The notes below the pieces were generated by a model, which ran no database searches, was not told the DNA's origin, and saw only the letters and a program-made list of their open reading frames with translations. Positions 34,753 through 48,523 of a DNA stretch of 64,000 nt are shown in pieces. Within the stretch, counting starts at the first letter, position 1; the number at the start of each line of letters is the position of its first letter. This DNA is from Candidatus Indicimonas acetifermentans. Lineage in GTDB: Bacteria; Gemmatimonadota; Gemmatimonadetes; Palauibacterales; KS3-K002. Both the position numbers and the translations under genes were made by a program. Location of the stretch: positions 31,644 to 95,643 of the forward strand of contig CANPVX010000001.1 in the NCBI GenBank assembly GCA_947581815.1, read 5' to 3'.

Positions 34753-37700
34753 TCAGTCGCCCGAGCCGGCCGGGTTCTTGGCTCCTTTGACCAGATCGGC
34801 CAGGGTGATATCGACCGGTTCCCGCTGGGCCTCCTCCGCCGGGGCCTCGCTTTTCAGCTGGCTCATCTCACGCTCGAGGGTCGGGCCTTCCACGAGAAAT
34901 TCGATATCCTCGAAGCGGTGGATACCGGTGCCGGCTGGGACCAGGTGGCCTATGATAATGTTCTCCTTGAGACCCTCGAGGTTATCGACGGCGCCGCGGA
35001 CGGCTGCGTCCGTTAAGACGCGCGTCGTCTCTTGGAACGAGGCGGCGCTGATGAACGACTTGGTCGTCAGGCTCGCCTTCGTTATCCCCAGCAGCAACGG
35101 CTCGGCGCGAGCCGCGGTCTTACCGGCCTGCCGCATCTTGGCGTTCATGTCCCGGAACTCCACACGATCGACGTTCTCGCCCTCCAAGAACTCGGTGCTT
35201 CCCGGATCCACGATCCGAACCTTCCGGAGCATCTGGCGAACGATCACGCCGATGTGCTTATCTGTTATGCGCACGCCTTGCAGGCGATATACCTCCTGGA
35301 TCTCGTTGAGCAAATATTCCTGCACGGCCCGCGGCCCTCTGATCTGCAGGATGTCGTGCGGGTTCACTGGACCTTCCGATAGTCGATCGCCCGCGCGTAC
35401 CCGGTCGCCCTCGTGGACCCGCAAGTGCTTACCCACAGGAATCTCGTACGCATTCTCGTCGCCGCCTTCCGTCGTGACGAGGACTTCGCGCTTACCGCGT
35501 TTGATCGACCCGAAGGATACCGTCCCGTCGACGGCGGCTATGGTGGCAGGGTCCTTGGGCTTGCGGGCCTCGAACAGCTCCGCCACCCGAGGCAGACCTC
35601 CGGTGATGTCGCGAGTCTTGTAGACCTCGCGGCTGATCTTGGCGAGAGTAGTCCCCGGCTCGATCTTCTTACCGTCCCTAGCCACGAGCTGGGCGCCCAC
35701 AGGGACGATGAACTCTCGAACCTGCTTACCGCCCTTCTTAATATTGATTTGAGGGTGGAGCTTCTTATCGCGATCCTCGATGATCGTCAGCTGGCGACGA
35801 CCCGTCGATTCATCGAGCTCCTCGCGCACCGTCTCTTCCTCGACGATGTCCTGGAACTCGACGGTGCCGCCGACGTCGGCGACGATCGGCTCCGAGTATG
35901 GATCCCAGCTGAACAAGACCGCCCCCGTCTTGACTTCGTCTCCGTCCTTCACGTGGAGGGTCGCGCCGTACGGCACCGTGAGGCGCGAACGGATCTGCCC
36001 GTCCGGCGTGAGCATTTGAATGCCACCCTCTCGACTTGTGACGATGCTCTTGCCGTCCGGATCGACGACGCTGGTCATCCGCTCGAACTTGAGCTTCCCG
36101 TCGACCTTCGACTTACGCTGCGTCTGCGCCGCGATGCGCGCCGCTGTGCCTCCTATGTGGAAAGTACGGAGCGTCAGCTGGGTTCCGGGCTCTCCGATGG
36201 ACTGCGCGGCGATGATGCCCGCCGCCTCGCCCATGTCGACGAGGTGCATCGTAGCGGCATTACGCCCGTAGCACTGGCGGCAGATGCCGCGGCGTGACTC
36301 GCAAGTCAACACGGAGCGGATCCGCACGGACTGGATGCCCGCTTCCTCGACGGCTTCGGCGGACTCTTCGTCGATCATGCCACTGGCCCCGATCAACAAC
36401 TGACCGTCGATCGGGTCGACGACATCCTCGAGCGCGACGGCCCCAACAAGGCGGTCCCGTAGCGGCTCGATGATGTCCTCACCCTCCTTGAGCGCGGAGA
36501 CGTCGAGGCCGAGCACGGTGCCGCAATCCTCCTCTGAGATCGTCACGTCCTGAGCCACATCTACCAAGCGCCGCGTCAGGTACCCGGCATCCGCCGTCTT
36601 GAGAGCCGTGTCCGCGAGCCCCTTCCGCGCGCCGTGTGTGGAGATGAAGTACTCGAGCACCGTCAGCCCCTCTCGGAAGTTGGAGAGGATCGGGCTTTCG
36701 ATGATCTCGCCAATGCCACCCGTCAACTTCTTCTGCGGCTTCGCCATCAGCCCACGCATTCCGGCAAGCTGCCGGATCTGGTCGCGGGAGCCACGGGATC
36801 CCGAGTCGAACATCATGTATACGGGGTTGAATCCGCCGCGTGAGTGCTCCAGACCGCGAACCATCGCCTCGGCGACATCGTTGTTGGCGTGCGTCCACGC
36901 ATCGATGACCTTATTGTACCGCTCGCCGTTCGAGATCACGCCCTTTTCGTACGCCTTTGTGAAGCGGTCTGTGTCGGCGCGGGCCTCGCGGAGGATCTCC
37001 ACCTTCTCGGGCGGGATCTCCAGATCCTCGATTCCGATCGACGTCCCGCCGATGGTGGCGAATCGAAACCCGAAGTCCTTGAGCCGATCGAGAAGGTCCG
37101 TCGTCGCCTCGAGACCCACCTTGCGGAAGCACTGGAACACGAGATCCGAGAGCGCTCCCTTGTTCAATATATGGTTTACGAAGCGGAGCTCGTCTGGAAG
37201 GATGTCGTTGAACATCACCCGGCCAACTGTCGTTGGGATCCACTCACCGCCGTAGTGGAAGTGGATCGGGGAATGGTAATCGATCGATCTATTCGAGGCC
37301 GTGAAGCACCCGTTGACGATAGCTAACTCCACCTCGTGAACGTTCGAGTAGTGCGGCGCGTCGGCCAGCTTCTCTGCGTGATCGTGCGACGCCTTGGTCA
37401 CGTAGTGTAGACCCAGAACCATGTCCTGGCTTGGTGTCGCCACCGGCTTTCCGTCCGCAGGCTTCAGGACGTTATTCGCAGACATCATCAGCACCCGGCA
37501 CTCCAGTTGGGCTTCGAACGAGAGCGGCACGTGGACCGCCATCTGATCGCCGTCGAAGTCCGCATTGAAGGCTGCACATACGAGCGGGTGAATCCGAATC
37601 GCCTTACCCTCTACCAACACGGGCTGGAAGGCCTGGATGCCCAGACGGTGAAGCGTGGGCGCCCGGTTGAGCAGTACGGGGTGGTCCTTGATGATATCCT

Positions 37701-38964
37701 CGAGGACTTCGTAGACGCGGGGATCGTCACCCCTCTCGACGATCTTCTTAGCCCGCTTCACGGTCTCCGCCTCGCCACGCTGCTCGAGCTCGTGGATGAT
37801 GAATGGACGGAAGAGCTCGACCGCCATCACCTTCGGCAAGCCGCATTGGTGGAGCTTGAGCTCGGGGCCGACCACGATCACCGAGCGGCCCGAGTAGTCC
37901 ACACGTTTACCGAGTAGATTCTGGCGGAAGCGGCCCTGCTTGCCCTTCAGCATGTCAGAAAGCGCCTTCAGCGGCCGCTTACCGCGTCCCCGAATTGCCT
38001 TACCGCGGCGGCCGTTATCGAAGAGGGCATCGACCGCCTCCTGTAGCATCCGCTTCTCATTGCGCAGGATCACCTCTGGGGCGCGCATCTCCATGAGCTT
38101 CTTCAACCGATTGTTTCGGTTGATCACGCGCCGGTAGAGATCGTTGAGGTCCGAGGTCGCGAAGCGTCCACCATCGAGCGGTACCAAAGGACGCAGATCC
38201 GGCGGGAGCACCGGGATCACGTCCATGATCATCCACTCGGGCTGGTTGCGACGCTCGGGATCCGAGTCGCTGTTGCGGAAAGCGTCGACGACCTTCAGCC
38301 GCTTGAGATGCTGCTTCTTGCGGTGCTGGCTGGTCTCGGTCGCCACCTTTCGCCGGAGGTCCTTGGCCAACTCGTCCACATCGACTTGTCGGAGAAGCGC
38401 GCGGACGGCGTCGGCGCCGATCTGAGCGGCGAACTTATCGTCACCTGCGTCCTTGGCAGCGACTTTCATTTCGAGGTACTCCTCTTCCTCGAGAAGCTGC
38501 CCCGCTTTGACCTTTTGCCGACCTGCAGTCACAACGACGTAGTTCGCGTAATAGATGACCTTCTCGAGGTCGCGGAGCGTCAGCCCGAGCAGGTAACCCA
38601 TCTGCGACGGAAGGGTCTTGAAGAGCCAGATATGAGCCACCGGTACGGCGAGCTCGATGTGGCCCATGCGCTCGCGCCGGACCTTCGAAAGCGTAACCTC
38701 GACCCCGCACTTGTCGCAGATGTGGCCGCGATAACGAATCCGCTTGAATTTGCCGCAGTGGCACTCCCAGTCCTTCACTGGACCGAAGATGCGCTCGCAG
38801 AACAGCCCGTCGCGCTCCGGCTTGAAGGACCGATAGTTTATCGTCTCAGGCTTTATAACCTCACCGAAGCTCAGCCCGCGGATCTGCTCCGGCGAGGCGA
38901 TCTTGAGCTGAATGAAGTCGAACTGCTGGGGACGACTCTCGCGATGCCTTGGGAAGTCTATCAT
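34753..38964 (-). CDS. rpoC: DNA-directed RNA polymerase beta' subunit
   Basis: ...[23 protein letters not shown]...[12 protein letters not shown]. The probable start is ATG 38962-38964 (MIDFPRH), preceded by GAGGAAA; the track start at 39033 is over-extended. Confidence 0.95.
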   Translation of the reverse strand: MIDFPRHRESRPQQFDFIQLKIASPEQIRGLSFGEVIKPETINYRSFKPERDGLFCERIFGPVKDWECHCGKFKRIRYRGHICDKCGVEVTLSKVRRERMGHIELAVPVAHIWLFKTLPSQMGYLLGLTLRDLEKVIYYANYVVVTAGRQKVKAGQLLEEEEYLEMKVAAKDAGDDKFAAQIGADAVRALLRQVDVDELAKDLRRKVATETSQHRKKQHLKRLKVVDAFRNSDSDPERRNQPEWMIMDVIPVLPPDLRPLVPLDGGRFATSDLNDLYRRVINRNNRLKKLMEMRAPEVILRNEKRMLQEAVDALFDNGRRGKAIRGRGKRPLKALSDMLKGKQGRFRQNLLGKRVDYSGRSVIVVGPELKLHQCGLPKVMAVELFRPFIIHELEQRGEAETVKRAKKIVERGDDPRVYEVLEDIIKDHPVLLNRAPTLHRLGIQAFQPVLVEGKAIRIHPLVCAAFNADFDGDQMAVHVPLSFEAQLECRVLMMSANNVLKPADGKPVATPSQDMVLGLHYVTKASHDHAEKLADAPHYSNVHEVELAIVNGCFTASNRSIDYHSPIHFHYGGEWIPTTVGRVMFNDILPDELRFVNHILNKGALSDLVFQCFRKVGLEATTDLLDRLKDFGFRFATIGGTSIGIEDLEIPPEKVEILREARADTDRFTKAYEKGVISNGERYNKVIDAWTHANNDVAEAMVRGLEHSRGGFNPVYMMFDSGSRGSRDQIRQLAGMRGLMAKPQKKLTGGIGEIIESPILSNFREGLTVLEYFISTHGARKGLADTALKTADAGYLTRRLVDVAQDVTISEEDCGTVLGLDVSALKEGEDIIEPLRDRLVGAVALEDVVDPIDGQLLIGASGMIDEESAEAVEEAGIQSVRIRSVLTCESRRGICRQCYGRNAATMHLVDMGEAAGIIAAQSIGEPGTQLTLRTFHIGGTAARIAAQTQRKSKVDGKLKFERMTSVVDPDGKSIVTSREGGIQMLTPDGQIRSRLTVPYGATLHVKDGDEVKTGAVLFSWDPYSEPIVADVGGTVEFQDIVEEETVREELDESTGRRQLTIIEDRDKKLHPQINIKKGGKQVREFIVPVGAQLVARDGKKIEPGTTLAKISREVYKTRDITGGLPRVAELFEARKPKDPATIAAVDGTVSFGSIKRGKREVLVTTEGGDENAYEIPVGKHLRVHEGDRVRAGDRLSEGPVNPHDILQIRGPRAVQEYLLNEIQEVYRLQGVRITDKHIGVIVRQMLRKVRIVDPGSTEFLEGENVDRVEFRDMNAKMRQAGKTAARAEPLLLGITKASLTTKSFISAASFQETTRVLTDAAVRGAVDNLEGLKENIIIGHLVPAGTGIHRFEDIEFLVEGPTLEREMSQLKSEAPAEEAQREPVDITLADLVKGAKNPAGSGD

Positions 38965-38998
38965 CTGTTTCCTCTGACTCGTTGTTCCGTTCCGCCTA

Positions 38999-41900
38999 CT
39001 ATACGCCCTCGTCGCCCTGCGCCAACGTGACACTAAGGCCGAGGGCCTGTAGCTCCTTCACCAAAACGTTGAAGCTCTCCGGTATGCCCGGTTCGGGCAG
39101 GTTCTCGCCTTTGACGATCGCTTCGTAAACCCTCGAACGCCCAGATACGTCATCCGACTTGACGGTCAGCATCTCCCGAAGAGTGTGCGCCGCCCCGTAC
39201 GCCTCGAGCGCCCACACCTCCATCTCTCCGAACCGCTGACCTCCAAACTGAGCCTTTCCGGCCAGCGGCTGTTGGGTGACGAGAGAGTAGGGCCCGATGG
39301 ACCGGGCGTGGATCTTGTCGTCCACCAAGTGGGCCAGCTTCATGATATAGATGCTGCCCACGGTGACTTCCATGGCGAAGAACTCGCCGGTGCGACCATC
39401 CCGCAGCCGCATCTTGCCGGCCGGAGTCAGACCGGCCAGCCGAATGAACTCCGCCACGGTCTCATCTAGGCCCTCGCGTAGTACTTGGCGTCGTGAAAGC
39501 CTGGCGGCCGCCTCGAATCCGGCCTTGCTCAGGCTCGACTCACCGCCGCGCTCAGCCAGCTCGTTGGCAGCCTTCACGAGGTAAACGCCCAGCTGCTGGA
39601 GCAGGTCCTTCACCGATCCTGACGTCTGGCCCGCCAGCAGCGAATCGAGTGGGCGGCCGAGCCCCAGAGGCGAGCCCGAGGGGCGGGTCCCGTTCCCCTG
39701 TCCCTTGGTCTCCGCGGGGCCCTTAGTGCCAGCCCGGCGCAGGGTCTTGATCAGATCGCGGATGTCTTGGTCGCTCCACTCCGGTGGATGAGCTCCCCTG
39801 ATCCGTAAGGCTTCGTGAGCCCAGCGCACTCCCGCCAGCTTGAGCAACACGCCGATCTCATCCTCCGATGCACCGTGGAACACCGGTGTCTTCGACTCGA
39901 ATCCGAGGATCTGACCGCACCAGCCCAGGTGGGTCTCGAGGATCTGACCCACATTCATTCGGCTGGGCACACCCAACGGGTTGAGCACGATGTCCACCGG
40001 CCTGCCGTCGGGCTGGAGCGGCATGTCCTCCTCCGGCACGATTCGGGCGATGACACCCTTATTGCCGTGGCGTCCGGCGACCTTGTCACCCACCGCGATC
40101 TTGCGACGTTCTGCGACATATACCTTCACCAGCTGAACGACGCCCGGTGAGAGCTCGTCGGGCTGCAGCACTTTGTCGATCGACTGTTCAACCTTCTCGC
40201 GAACTCGATCGATCCGCTGCCGTCCCTCCTCGAGCACGCGGCGAACCTTCTCGTTCGCGGCCTGACCCTTAACCTTGAGCGCCGTGAGATCGATCTTGGA
40301 GAAGTCGAGCTCGGCGATGACGTCATCTCGGAGTTTCTTGCCTTCCTTGAAGAAAGGCTCGATCGTCCCGCGCTTTAGAAAGAGCTGCACCGTCTGGTCC
40401 ACGAGCAGTTCACGTAACTCCTCGTCACGGACCTCGGTGACGTGAGCGATCTCGTCGCGCTCGCGCTCTCGCAACTGGCCGATCTTCTCGCCGTGCTCCT
40501 TCTCTAGCAACGGGTCATCGATGCGCCGCGAGAAGATCTTCACGTCGATCACCGTACCCGCCATGCCGGGTGGCACGCGGAGAGAGGAATCCTTCACGTC
40601 CTTGGCCTTCTCGCCGAAGATCGCCGTCAGCAACTTCTCCTCGGGCGATAGCTCGGTCTCACCCTTGGGTGTGATCTTGCCGACCAGCACGTCGCTCGAC
40701 TTCACATAGGCTCCCGTTCGAATGATACCCCGCTCGTCGAGGTCTTTGAGTGCCTCTTCCGAAACGTTGGGTATCTCGCGGGTTATCTCCTCCATCCCGC
40801 GCTTCGTGTCCCGCACGTGAAGCTCCAGCTCTTGAATGTGTATCGAGGTAAAGGAATCGTTCTTGACCAGCTGCTCGCTGATCACGATCGCGTCCTCGAA
40901 GTTGTGGCCGTACCACGGCATGAACGCCACGGTCAGATTCTGTCCCAGAGCGAGCTCGCCGCGGTCGGTCGATGCACCGTCGGCGATGATGTCCCCCTCT
41001 TGGACAGTATCCCCGACCTTCACCAGCGGACGCTGGTTGATCGCGGTATCCTGGTTCGTGCGCCAAAATTTCTTCAGCTTGTAGCGATCGAACTGGCTGA
41101 GCTTGGCCAACGGCTGGTCGCCGCCGGGCTTCACCATACCCGTATCGATGAGCACCTCGTCCGCCCTCACCTGCGTGACTTTGCCTCCGCGACGCGCGAT
41201 GACGACGGCACCCGAATCGCGGGCCACCTTCGCTTCCAAGCCCGTCCCGACCAGGGGGCGCCGCGGGAACAGCAAAGGCACGGCCTGCCGCTGCATGTTA
41301 GAGCCCATCAGCGCTCGGTTGGCGTCGTCGTGCTCCAGGAACGGGATCAGTGCCGGTGACACCGCCACGAGTTGATCCGGCGAGACGTCCATGTAGTCGA
41401 TGTGCTGCGGCGGAAGCATCGGATAGTCATCCCGCTGCCGGCAGAGGACCAGAGCGTCCTTGAACGTCTCATCGGGGTTGAGCTCGGCGTTGGCCTGCGC
41501 CACCGCGAACTCTTCCTCCTCGCTCGCCGTTAGCCAGACGAGCTCGCCGGTCACCCGCCCTCGATCGACCTTGCGGTACGGAGTCTCGATGAATCCGAGA
41601 TCGTTGATGCGTGCGTAGGTCGAGAGGCTAGTGATTAGTCCAATGTTCGGGCCTTCCGGCGTCTCGATCGGACACATGCGTCCGTAGTGCGAGTAGTGCA
41701 CGTCGCGAACCTCGAAGCCCGCGCGCTCGCGCGTTAGGCCTCCTGGGCCAAGCGCGGAGAGCCGGCGCTTATGGGTAAGCTCTGCCAACGGATTCGTCTG
41801 ATCCATGAACTGGCTGAGCTGCGACGATCCAAAGAACGACTGGATCACAGCGCTCACAGTTCGTGCATTCACCAGATCGTCGATGTTGATCTGCTCTGGA

Positions 41901-43675
41901 TCGCTGGCGATCGACATACGCTCGCGCACCAGACGCGCCATGCGTGAAAGGCCGACCGAGAACTGATTGGCGATGAGCTCGCCCACCGACCGCACGCGTC
42001 GATTGCCCAGGTGGTCGATGTCATCCACGTAGCCACGGCCCTCGTGCAGCTCGATCAGATAACGGACGATCGCGATGAAATCCTGGACCGTCAGTATCGT
42101 CATGTCGCTGGGCGGCTGTTCCAGGTTGAGCAACCTGGTGATGTCCTTGAGCCTCTGGTTGATCTTGTAGCGGCCGACCCGGCCCAAGTCGTAACGCTTG
42201 GGGTTGAAGAAGAGGCGCTCGATCGCCGACCGCGCCGTCTTGAGGTTGGGCGCGTCGCCGGGGCGGAGGAGCGAATAGATCGCGTACAGCGCCTCCGACT
42301 CTCCGTTCGTCGGGTCTTTGGCGAGCGTGTTCTTGATCAGCGGGGATTCACCGCGAGCGCCGCCTGTGTAGACCTGAGCATCGCGGATGCCGCGCAGCGC
42401 CAGTGCGTCGAACAGCTCGGCATGGAAAGGCGCCCCCTTCTCGGCCAACACCTCGCCAGTATGCGGATCCACGACGTCGGCCGCGAGGTGTGGGTCTTGG
42501 CTCCAATCGCGGCGGTTTGTGAGCTCCTCGTATCGCCCGCGAAGCGGTACCCGTACAGCGCTGGAGTAGATCAAGATGCGCTCGACGCCTGCACGGGTCA
42601 GTTGTTTGATCAGGTCGGGCGTTAGATCGTCTGCTCGGGTGGCCAAAAAAGCGTCTTTGCTGCGGTAGATCGGCGCTTCCTCGATTCCGCCACCAATCAG
42701 ACGGTTTATGAGGTCCGTCGTGATCGGATCACCGAGCCCCGCCAGCATCTTCCCCGTCTCGGCGTGTAACTGGTCGCCGGCCAGCCAGCCGGCCTCCTGG
42801 TCGGGATCGAATCCAGTGAGAACGACGGTCTCGGGCGGCTCACCCTCGTAGGATTGATCGAGCACGGCTTCGGCGAACATCGTGCCCGCGGCCTCGCGGC
42901 GGAGGGCGCGGTTCGTAGCGATATCTTTCAGCTGGAGCTCGCGGGTCGTGTAAAAGAGAGCGAGCACTTCCGGGTCGCTGCCGTAACCGAGTGCGCGGAT
43001 TAGCGCGGTCGCTGGGAACTTTTTGCGCTTGTCTATATGTACGTGAATGACGTCGTGGATGTCGATGGAGAACTCCACCCACGAACCACGAAACGGTATG
43101 ATGCGCGCTGAGAACAGGCGCGTTCCGTTTGGATGGATCGTCTCCTCGAATACGACACCGGGTGAGCGGTGCAGCTGGCTCACTACGACTCGCTCAGCAC
43201 CGTTGATCACAAAGGTGCCCTGCTCGGTGAGCAGCGGTAGCTCACCGAGGTAGACTTCCTTTTCAAGGATGTCTCGCGGCCGCTTCTCGCCGCCGACATC
43301 CTCGTTGATCACGAGGCGCAGCGTGGCTTTGAGCGGAGCGCCATAGGTCATGTCGCGCTCCATGCACTCCTCGACGCTATACTTCGGCTCGCCCAAAGCG
43401 TAGCTGACGAAGTCCAGCAAGAAGTTCTCCTTGGTGTCGGTGCTCGGGAAGATCTCCAGGAACACGCGTTCGAGTCCGAAATCGCCGACGCCTTCGTCGT
43501 CAGCCTTCTCCAGCAGCGCCTCGAACGCCTTGATCTGAACGTCGAGCAAGTTCGGCATATCGACGGCCTTGCCGAGGTGCGCGAATGACATCACCGACCC
43601 ATCGCCGTTTGCCTGCGCCTGCGCCAATTTAGAGTCGGCCGTTACCTGGCTGGTGTGGATCTTCGTCTTGGCCAA
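38999..43675 (-). CDS. rpoB: DNA-directed RNA polymerase beta subunit (1558 aa, with lineage-specific insertions)
   Basis: [33 protein letters not shown] (Rif-cluster region). A GGAGG sits 6 nt before ATG 43675. Confidence 0.95.
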   Translation of the reverse strand: MAKTKIHTSQVTADSKLAQAQANGDGSVMSFAHLGKAVDMPNLLDVQIKAFEALLEKADDEGVGDFGLERVFLEIFPSTDTKENFLLDFVSYALGEPKYSVEECMERDMTYGAPLKATLRLVINEDVGGEKRPRDILEKEVYLGELPLLTEQGTFVINGAERVVVSQLHRSPGVVFEETIHPNGTRLFSARIIPFRGSWVEFSIDIHDVIHVHIDKRKKFPATALIRALGYGSDPEVLALFYTTRELQLKDIATNRALRREAAGTMFAEAVLDQSYEGEPPETVVLTGFDPDQEAGWLAGDQLHAETGKMLAGLGDPITTDLINRLIGGGIEEAPIYRSKDAFLATRADDLTPDLIKQLTRAGVERILIYSSAVRVPLRGRYEELTNRRDWSQDPHLAADVVDPHTGEVLAEKGAPFHAELFDALALRGIRDAQVYTGGARGESPLIKNTLAKDPTNGESEALYAIYSLLRPGDAPNLKTARSAIERLFFNPKRYDLGRVGRYKINQRLKDITRLLNLEQPPSDMTILTVQDFIAIVRYLIELHEGRGYVDDIDHLGNRRVRSVGELIANQFSVGLSRMARLVRERMSIASDPEQINIDDLVNARTVSAVIQSFFGSSQLSQFMDQTNPLAELTHKRRLSALGPGGLTRERAGFEVRDVHYSHYGRMCPIETPEGPNIGLITSLSTYARINDLGFIETPYRKVDRGRVTGELVWLTASEEEEFAVAQANAELNPDETFKDALVLCRQRDDYPMLPPQHIDYMDVSPDQLVAVSPALIPFLEHDDANRALMGSNMQRQAVPLLFPRRPLVGTGLEAKVARDSGAVVIARRGGKVTQVRADEVLIDTGMVKPGGDQPLAKLSQFDRYKLKKFWRTNQDTAINQRPLVKVGDTVQEGDIIADGASTDRGELALGQNLTVAFMPWYGHNFEDAIVISEQLVKNDSFTSIHIQELELHVRDTKRGMEEITREIPNVSEEALKDLDERGIIRTGAYVKSSDVLVGKITPKGETELSPEEKLLTAIFGEKAKDVKDSSLRVPPGMAGTVIDVKIFSRRIDDPLLEKEHGEKIGQLRERERDEIAHVTEVRDEELRELLVDQTVQLFLKRGTIEPFFKEGKKLRDDVIAELDFSKIDLTALKVKGQAANEKVRRVLEEGRQRIDRVREKVEQSIDKVLQPDELSPGVVQLVKVYVAERRKIAVGDKVAGRHGNKGVIARIVPEEDMPLQPDGRPVDIVLNPLGVPSRMNVGQILETHLGWCGQILGFESKTPVFHGASEDEIGVLLKLAGVRWAHEALRIRGAHPPEWSDQDIRDLIKTLRRAGTKGPAETKGQGNGTRPSGSPLGLGRPLDSLLAGQTSGSVKDLLQQLGVYLVKAANELAERGGESSLSKAGFEAAARLSRRQVLREGLDETVAEFIRLAGLTPAGKMRLRDGRTGEFFAMEVTVGSIYIMKLAHLVDDKIHARSIGPYSLVTQQPLAGKAQFGGQRFGEMEVWALEAYGAAHTLREMLTVKSDDVSGRSRVYEAIVKGENLPEPGIPESFNVLVKELQALGLSVTLAQGDEGV

Positions 43676-43794
43676 GTCTTATACCTCCAAGGAAAGTTCG
43701 GGGTGAACGGCCAGATCCGTCGGCACGTGTCCGTCGGCGGCCCCACCCAGAAGTTCGCTGCCACTACCGCAAATTTTCGGTCGGGAGTCTAGAA

Positions 43795-43832
43795 ACAGCA
43801 CAGAAATCCCCCGTCCCGTGTCGTTGCGGGGG
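43795..43832 (-). terminator. rplL-rpoB intergenic attenuator / partial terminator hairpin
   Basis: Transcript CCCCCG-caacgacacggga-CGGGGG (6-bp GC stem) followed by auuucugugcuguuucu. The position matches the classical L7/L12-rpoB attenuator. Confidence 0.5.
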
Positions 43833-43947
43833 TTTCGGGTTGGCATCAAGTTTTTAGGCCACGCGAGCGGCATAGGCAGAGGAGCGGTCACCTCGGTTCA
43901 AGACTGCCGACGCCCATCGACGCCGGCCTGGAGAAGCCCCTCAGCCG

Positions 43948-44322
43948 TTACTTCAGCTCGACAGTAGCGCCCTGCTCTTCGAGCTTGGCCTTGATTTGCT
44001 CGGCCTCCTGTTTGGTCGCGCCCTCTCGTACAGTGTTCGGAGCGCCGTCCACGAGTTCCTTCGCCTCCTTCAGGCCGAAGCTGGTGACCTCGCGGAGCGC
44101 TTTGATCACTTGGATCTTCTTACCACCCACTTCGGTCAGCACGACGTCGAACTCATCCTGCTCTTCCGCCGCCTCAGCCCCGGCGCCGGGCCCGGCCGCC
44201 GCCACTGCGACCGCTGCCGCAGCGCTAACGCCGAACTTCTCCTCCATGGCGTCCTTCAGCTCAGCCGCCTCGAGGACGGTCAGCGAACCGATGGCGTCTA
44301 GAATCTCTTCGATCTTGGTCAT
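43948..44322 (-). CDS. rplL: 50S ribosomal protein L7/L12
   Basis: [32 protein letters not shown]... Confidence 0.95.
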   Translation of the reverse strand: MTKIEEILDAIGSLTVLEAAELKDAMEEKFGVSAAAAVAVAAAGPGAGAEAAEEQDEFDVVLTEVGGKKIQVIKALREVTSFGLKEAKELVDGAPNTVREGATKQEAEQIKAKLEEQGATVELK

Positions 44323-44386
44323 GTCTCTCCGTCGTGTTTGAACGCTCCTACTACTCTCAAGATCCCGAATAGATCCTGCTGGCTTC

Positions 44387-44932
44387 TCACGAGCCCTCAG
44401 GCGCGCCCTCGTTCTTCTTCGCTACCTCTCCAATCATGTAAGCCAGATCTCGCATCAGCGCGTTCAGCACCCCCACGATACCTGTGACCGGCGCCATCAT
44501 TGATCCGGCGATGCCGCCTAGGAGCTGCTGCCTGGGCGGCAGTTCGGCCAGGCGCTCGATCTCCTCGACGGAGACGATGCGCCGCTCGACCACGCCGATC
44601 TTGAGCGAGGGTCGGTCCTCGTTTTCCTTGGCGAATTCCCGCAGCGTCTTCGCCGGCGTTACGGGGTCGTCGACTCCCAGGACGAAGCCAGTAGGCCCGC
44701 GGAGGTGCTGCTTTATGTCGGGGAACTCCAGCTGCTCCAGGGCCCTGAGCGCCAACCGGTTCTTGACGACGACGAATCGGCCGTCCGATTCCCTGAACCG
44801 CTTCCTCAGCTCGGTCATGCTCTTGACGTTGAGCCCAGTGAAGTCGGCGAGGTACACGACGTTCGAGTTCTCCAGCCATTTCCTCAACTCGTCCGTCAGC
44901 TCGATCTTCTGCTTCTTGGTGCGCTGCGACAT
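44387..44932 (-). CDS. rplJ: 50S ribosomal protein L10
   Basis: [36 protein letters not shown]. Confidence 0.95.
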   Translation of the reverse strand: MSQRTKKQKIELTDELRKWLENSNVVYLADFTGLNVKSMTELRKRFRESDGRFVVVKNRLALRALEQLEFPDIKQHLRGPTGFVLGVDDPVTPAKTLREFAKENEDRPSLKIGVVERRIVSVEEIERLAELPPRQQLLGGIAGSMMAPVTGIVGVLNALMRDLAYMIGEVAKKNEGAPEGS

Positions 44933-44951
44933 GAAGCCGTCTTTTCTCTCG

Positions 44952-45650
44952 TTATGCGGACTTCCTGAAAGCGCCAGGCTCGATCTTGACCCCCGGGCCC
45001 ATGGTGCTGCTCACGGTGATCGAACGGATGTATCCGCCTTTCGCCGCGACCGGGCGGGCGTGGAGAACCGCATCCATGAAGGTCTGGAGGTTGTCCACCA
45101 ACTGCTCGAGCTGGAACGAAGCTTTTCCCACAGGCGCGTGAAGATTCCCCGTCTTGTCAACCCGGAACTCGATCCGCCCCGCCTTCAACTCTTTGACGGC
45201 CCGGCCGATATCCATAGTTACCGTCCCTGCTTTGGGCGTGGGCATCAGCCCGCGAGGCCCGAGGATTCGGCCGAGCTTCGCTACATCCTTCATGGTGTCA
45301 GGGGTGGCGACCACCGCGTCGAACTCGAGCCACCCCTGCTGGATCTTCGCGATGTGATCCGTCCCGGCATAGTCGGCGCCGGCTTCCTCCGCTTCACGAG
45401 CCTTGTCGCCGTCGGCGAGCGCCAGGACCCGGACGGTTCTGCCGGTGCCGTGGGGCAGGCTAACGGTGCCGCGGACGATCTGGTCCGCGTGCCGCGGATC
45501 GACGTTCAACCTCACCGCGGCCTCGACGGTCTCGTCGAACTTGGCTAACGCCATTTCCTTGACCAGCTGAAGAGCCGCCTGAGGCTGGTGGCGCTCGGTC
45601 AGCTCGGTGCGCTCGGCCGCCGCGCTATAGCGTTTCCCGTGTCTGGCCAT
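44952..45650 (-). CDS. rplA: 50S ribosomal protein L1
   Basis: [27 protein letters not shown]. Confidence 0.95.
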   Translation of the reverse strand: MARHGKRYSAAAERTELTERHQPQAALQLVKEMALAKFDETVEAAVRLNVDPRHADQIVRGTVSLPHGTGRTVRVLALADGDKAREAEEAGADYAGTDHIAKIQQGWLEFDAVVATPDTMKDVAKLGRILGPRGLMPTPKAGTVTMDIGRAVKELKAGRIEFRVDKTGNLHAPVGKASFQLEQLVDNLQTFMDAVLHARPVAAKGGYIRSITVSSTMGPGVKIEPGAFRKSA

Positions 45651-46075
45651 CAGTCGGCCACCTCTATGCCCATGGAGCGGGCCGTTCCCTCGATCATGCG
45701 CATGGCGGCCTCGAGCGACGCGGCGTTGAGATCCTGCATCTTGAGCTCGGCGATCTTCTGTACCTGACTTCGGCTAACGGTCCCGACCTTTTCCCGATTG
45801 GGCTCGCCCGACGCCTTGGCCACGCCCGCTTCTTTCTTGAGCAATACTGCAGCTGGCGGCGTCTTGGTGATGAAGCCGAACGACCGGTCCGCGTAGACGG
45901 TGATTTCCACTGGGATGAGCAGTCCACCCTGGCCCTGGGTCCGCGTGTTGAACTGCTTGCAGAAATCCATGATGTTGACGCCATGCTGACCCAAAGCGGG
46001 GCCGACCGGCGGCGCTGGCGTTGCTTGTCCGGCGGGGACTTGAAGCTTAATGAACCCTATGATCCTCTTCGCCAT
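45650..46075 (-). CDS. rplK: 50S ribosomal protein L11
   Basis: [36 protein letters not shown]. Confidence 0.95.
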   Translation of the reverse strand: MAKRIIGFIKLQVPAGQATPAPPVGPALGQHGVNIMDFCKQFNTRTQGQGGLLIPVEITVYADRSFGFITKTPPAAVLLKKEAGVAKASGEPNREKVGTVSRSQVQKIAELKMQDLNAASLEAAMRMIEGTARSMGIEVAD

Positions 46076-46089
46076 CTCTATTCTTTGTG

Positions 46090-46659
46090 CTAGTAGCCCT
46101 TGAGCTGCGTGTAATCCAGCTCGATCGTCGTGGAGCGGCCGAACAACGACACCAGGACCTTGACTTTGCCCTTCTCCTGATCGACGGCCTCGACCTGGCC
46201 GGTGAAGTCGCTGAATGGGCCCCCGGCCACTTCGACCGACTGTCCGACGTAGAACGGCACGCGCAGCTCTTCAGCGCCCTCGACTTCGATCGCCGTCTCG
46301 ACGCCGAGGATCTTGTTCATCTCCTCGGCGCGCAGAGGTTGAGGCGACGTGTCTCCGCCCACGAATTTGATCACGCCCTGGATGTTGTTGATCTCGTGCA
46401 TCGTCCTCTCGTTGAGGATCATTCTCACTAGGACGTAACCGGGGTAGAGCCGTTTGCTCTTCGAGATCTTCTTGCCGCCCTTTACCTCGACAACTTCATG
46501 GGTGGGGACAAGGACTTCGCGGATCTCCTTCTCCTCGATCGACTCCCCCGGCTGTTCGTCGATACGTCGCTCGACCAACGTCTTGACCTTGTTCTCGTGG
46601 CCGGCGTACGTCTGCACAGCATACCATTTTGATTCTTGCTCGGTGGTCTGTTCGCCCAT
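46090..46659 (-). CDS. nusG: Transcription termination/antitermination factor NusG
   Basis: [15 protein letters not shown] (NGN domain) and a C-terminal KOW ([19 protein letters not shown]). Confidence 0.95.
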   Translation of the reverse strand: MGEQTTEQESKWYAVQTYAGHENKVKTLVERRIDEQPGESIEEKEIREVLVPTHEVVEVKGGKKISKSKRLYPGYVLVRMILNERTMHEINNIQGVIKFVGGDTSPQPLRAEEMNKILGVETAIEVEGAEELRVPFYVGQSVEVAGGPFSDFTGQVEAVDQEKGKVKVLVSLFGRSTTIELDYTQLKGY

Positions 46660-46665
46660 AAGGCC

Positions 46666-46881
46666 TCAAGCGCCGAGGAAGCCGAGTATGAGATCTACGA
46701 TCTTACGGAACACGAGGTCCATCAGACCGATGATGGCCGCAACGATCAGGACGAAGACGATGATGACCCCAGTGGCATTTCGAAGCTGCAGCCAGTCGGG
46801 CCACGTGACCTTTTTCATCTCGGCCTGGACCTCGACCGTGAACTTCCGAACTCTATCCAGCCGCTCCAGCACCGCGGTCAT
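46666..46881 (-). CDS. secE: Preprotein translocase SecE (single-TM short form)
   Basis: 71 aa; ...VTWPDWLQLRNATGVIIVFVLIVAAIIGLMD. Confidence 0.85.
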   Translation of the reverse strand: MTAVLERLDRVRKFTVEVQAEMKKVTWPDWLQLRNATGVIIVFVLIVAAIIGLMDLVFRKIVDLILGFLGA

Positions 46882-46883
46882 CT

Positions 46884-47042
46884 CTACTTCGTCTCCTTGT
46901 GCTGCGTATGCTTACTGCAGCGCCGGCAGTACTTCTTGTACTCCACCCGCTCGGGGTGTTTCTGCCGGTTCTTAGTCAATTGGTAGTTACGCGACTTACA
47001 GTCGGCGCACTCAATGGTGACCTTTACGCGGTTCGCCGCCAT
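46884..47042 (-). CDS. rpmG: 50S ribosomal protein L33 (zinc-binding form); not in the ORF track
   Basis: Manual translation gives MAANRVKVTIECADCKSRNYQLTKNRQKHPERVEYKKYCRRCSKHTQHKETK*, with the stop 3 nt before the secE start. Confidence 0.85.
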   Translation of the reverse strand: MAANRVKVTIECADCKSRNYQLTKNRQKHPERVEYKKYCRRCSKHTQHKETK

Positions 47043-47061
47043 CTCACTTCCATACCGGTGG

Positions 47062-48255
<1,194 letters not shown>

Positions 48256-48350
48256 CCTATCTCCTCCGCTGGTCGATCCCGCTTCGTTCCTGCCCGCCGG
48301 GCGCCGGACCCGCCGTGGGTAAGCGCTGGCGCAGCTCTTGGCTCAGCGAA

Positions 48351-48433
48351 TGGTGGGGGAAGGATTCGAACCTTCGTAGGCATCAGCCGGCAGATTTACA
48401 GTCTGCTCCCTTTGGCCGCTCGGGCACCCCACC
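48351..48433 (-). tRNA. tRNA-Tyr (anticodon GUA), long variable arm, CCA not encoded
   Basis: The minus strand reads GGTGGGGTGCCCGAGCGGCCAAAGGGAGCAGACTGTAAATCTGCCGGCTGATGCCTACGAAGGTTCGAATCCTTCCCCCACCA, near-identical in its arms to E. coli tRNA-Tyr. Confidence 0.9.
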
Positions 48434-48440
48434 GTGACTG

Positions 48441-48523
48441 CCCCTCCCGCCTCCCTGCCCCCCTGCCCCCTGCCCCCTGCCCCCCTGCCCCCTCCTGCCC
48501 TTTCCTGCCCTTTCCTGCCCGCC
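48441..48523. repeat. C-rich (plus) / G-rich (transcribed strand) tandem heptamer-octamer repeats in the tRNA-Thr / tRNA-Tyr spacer
   Basis: cctgcccccctgccccctgccccctgcccccctgccccctcctgccctttcctgccctttcctgccc. The transcript carries (CAGGGGG(G))x5 and then (GGCAGGAAAG)x2. Confidence 0.8.

Noticed and set aside
43679-43891. A 70-codon minus-strand ORF in the rplL-rpoB spacer
   Set aside because: It covers the attenuator hairpin, ends 4 nt before the rpoB start overlapping its RBS, and has a Pro/Gly/Arg-rich random-looking translation.
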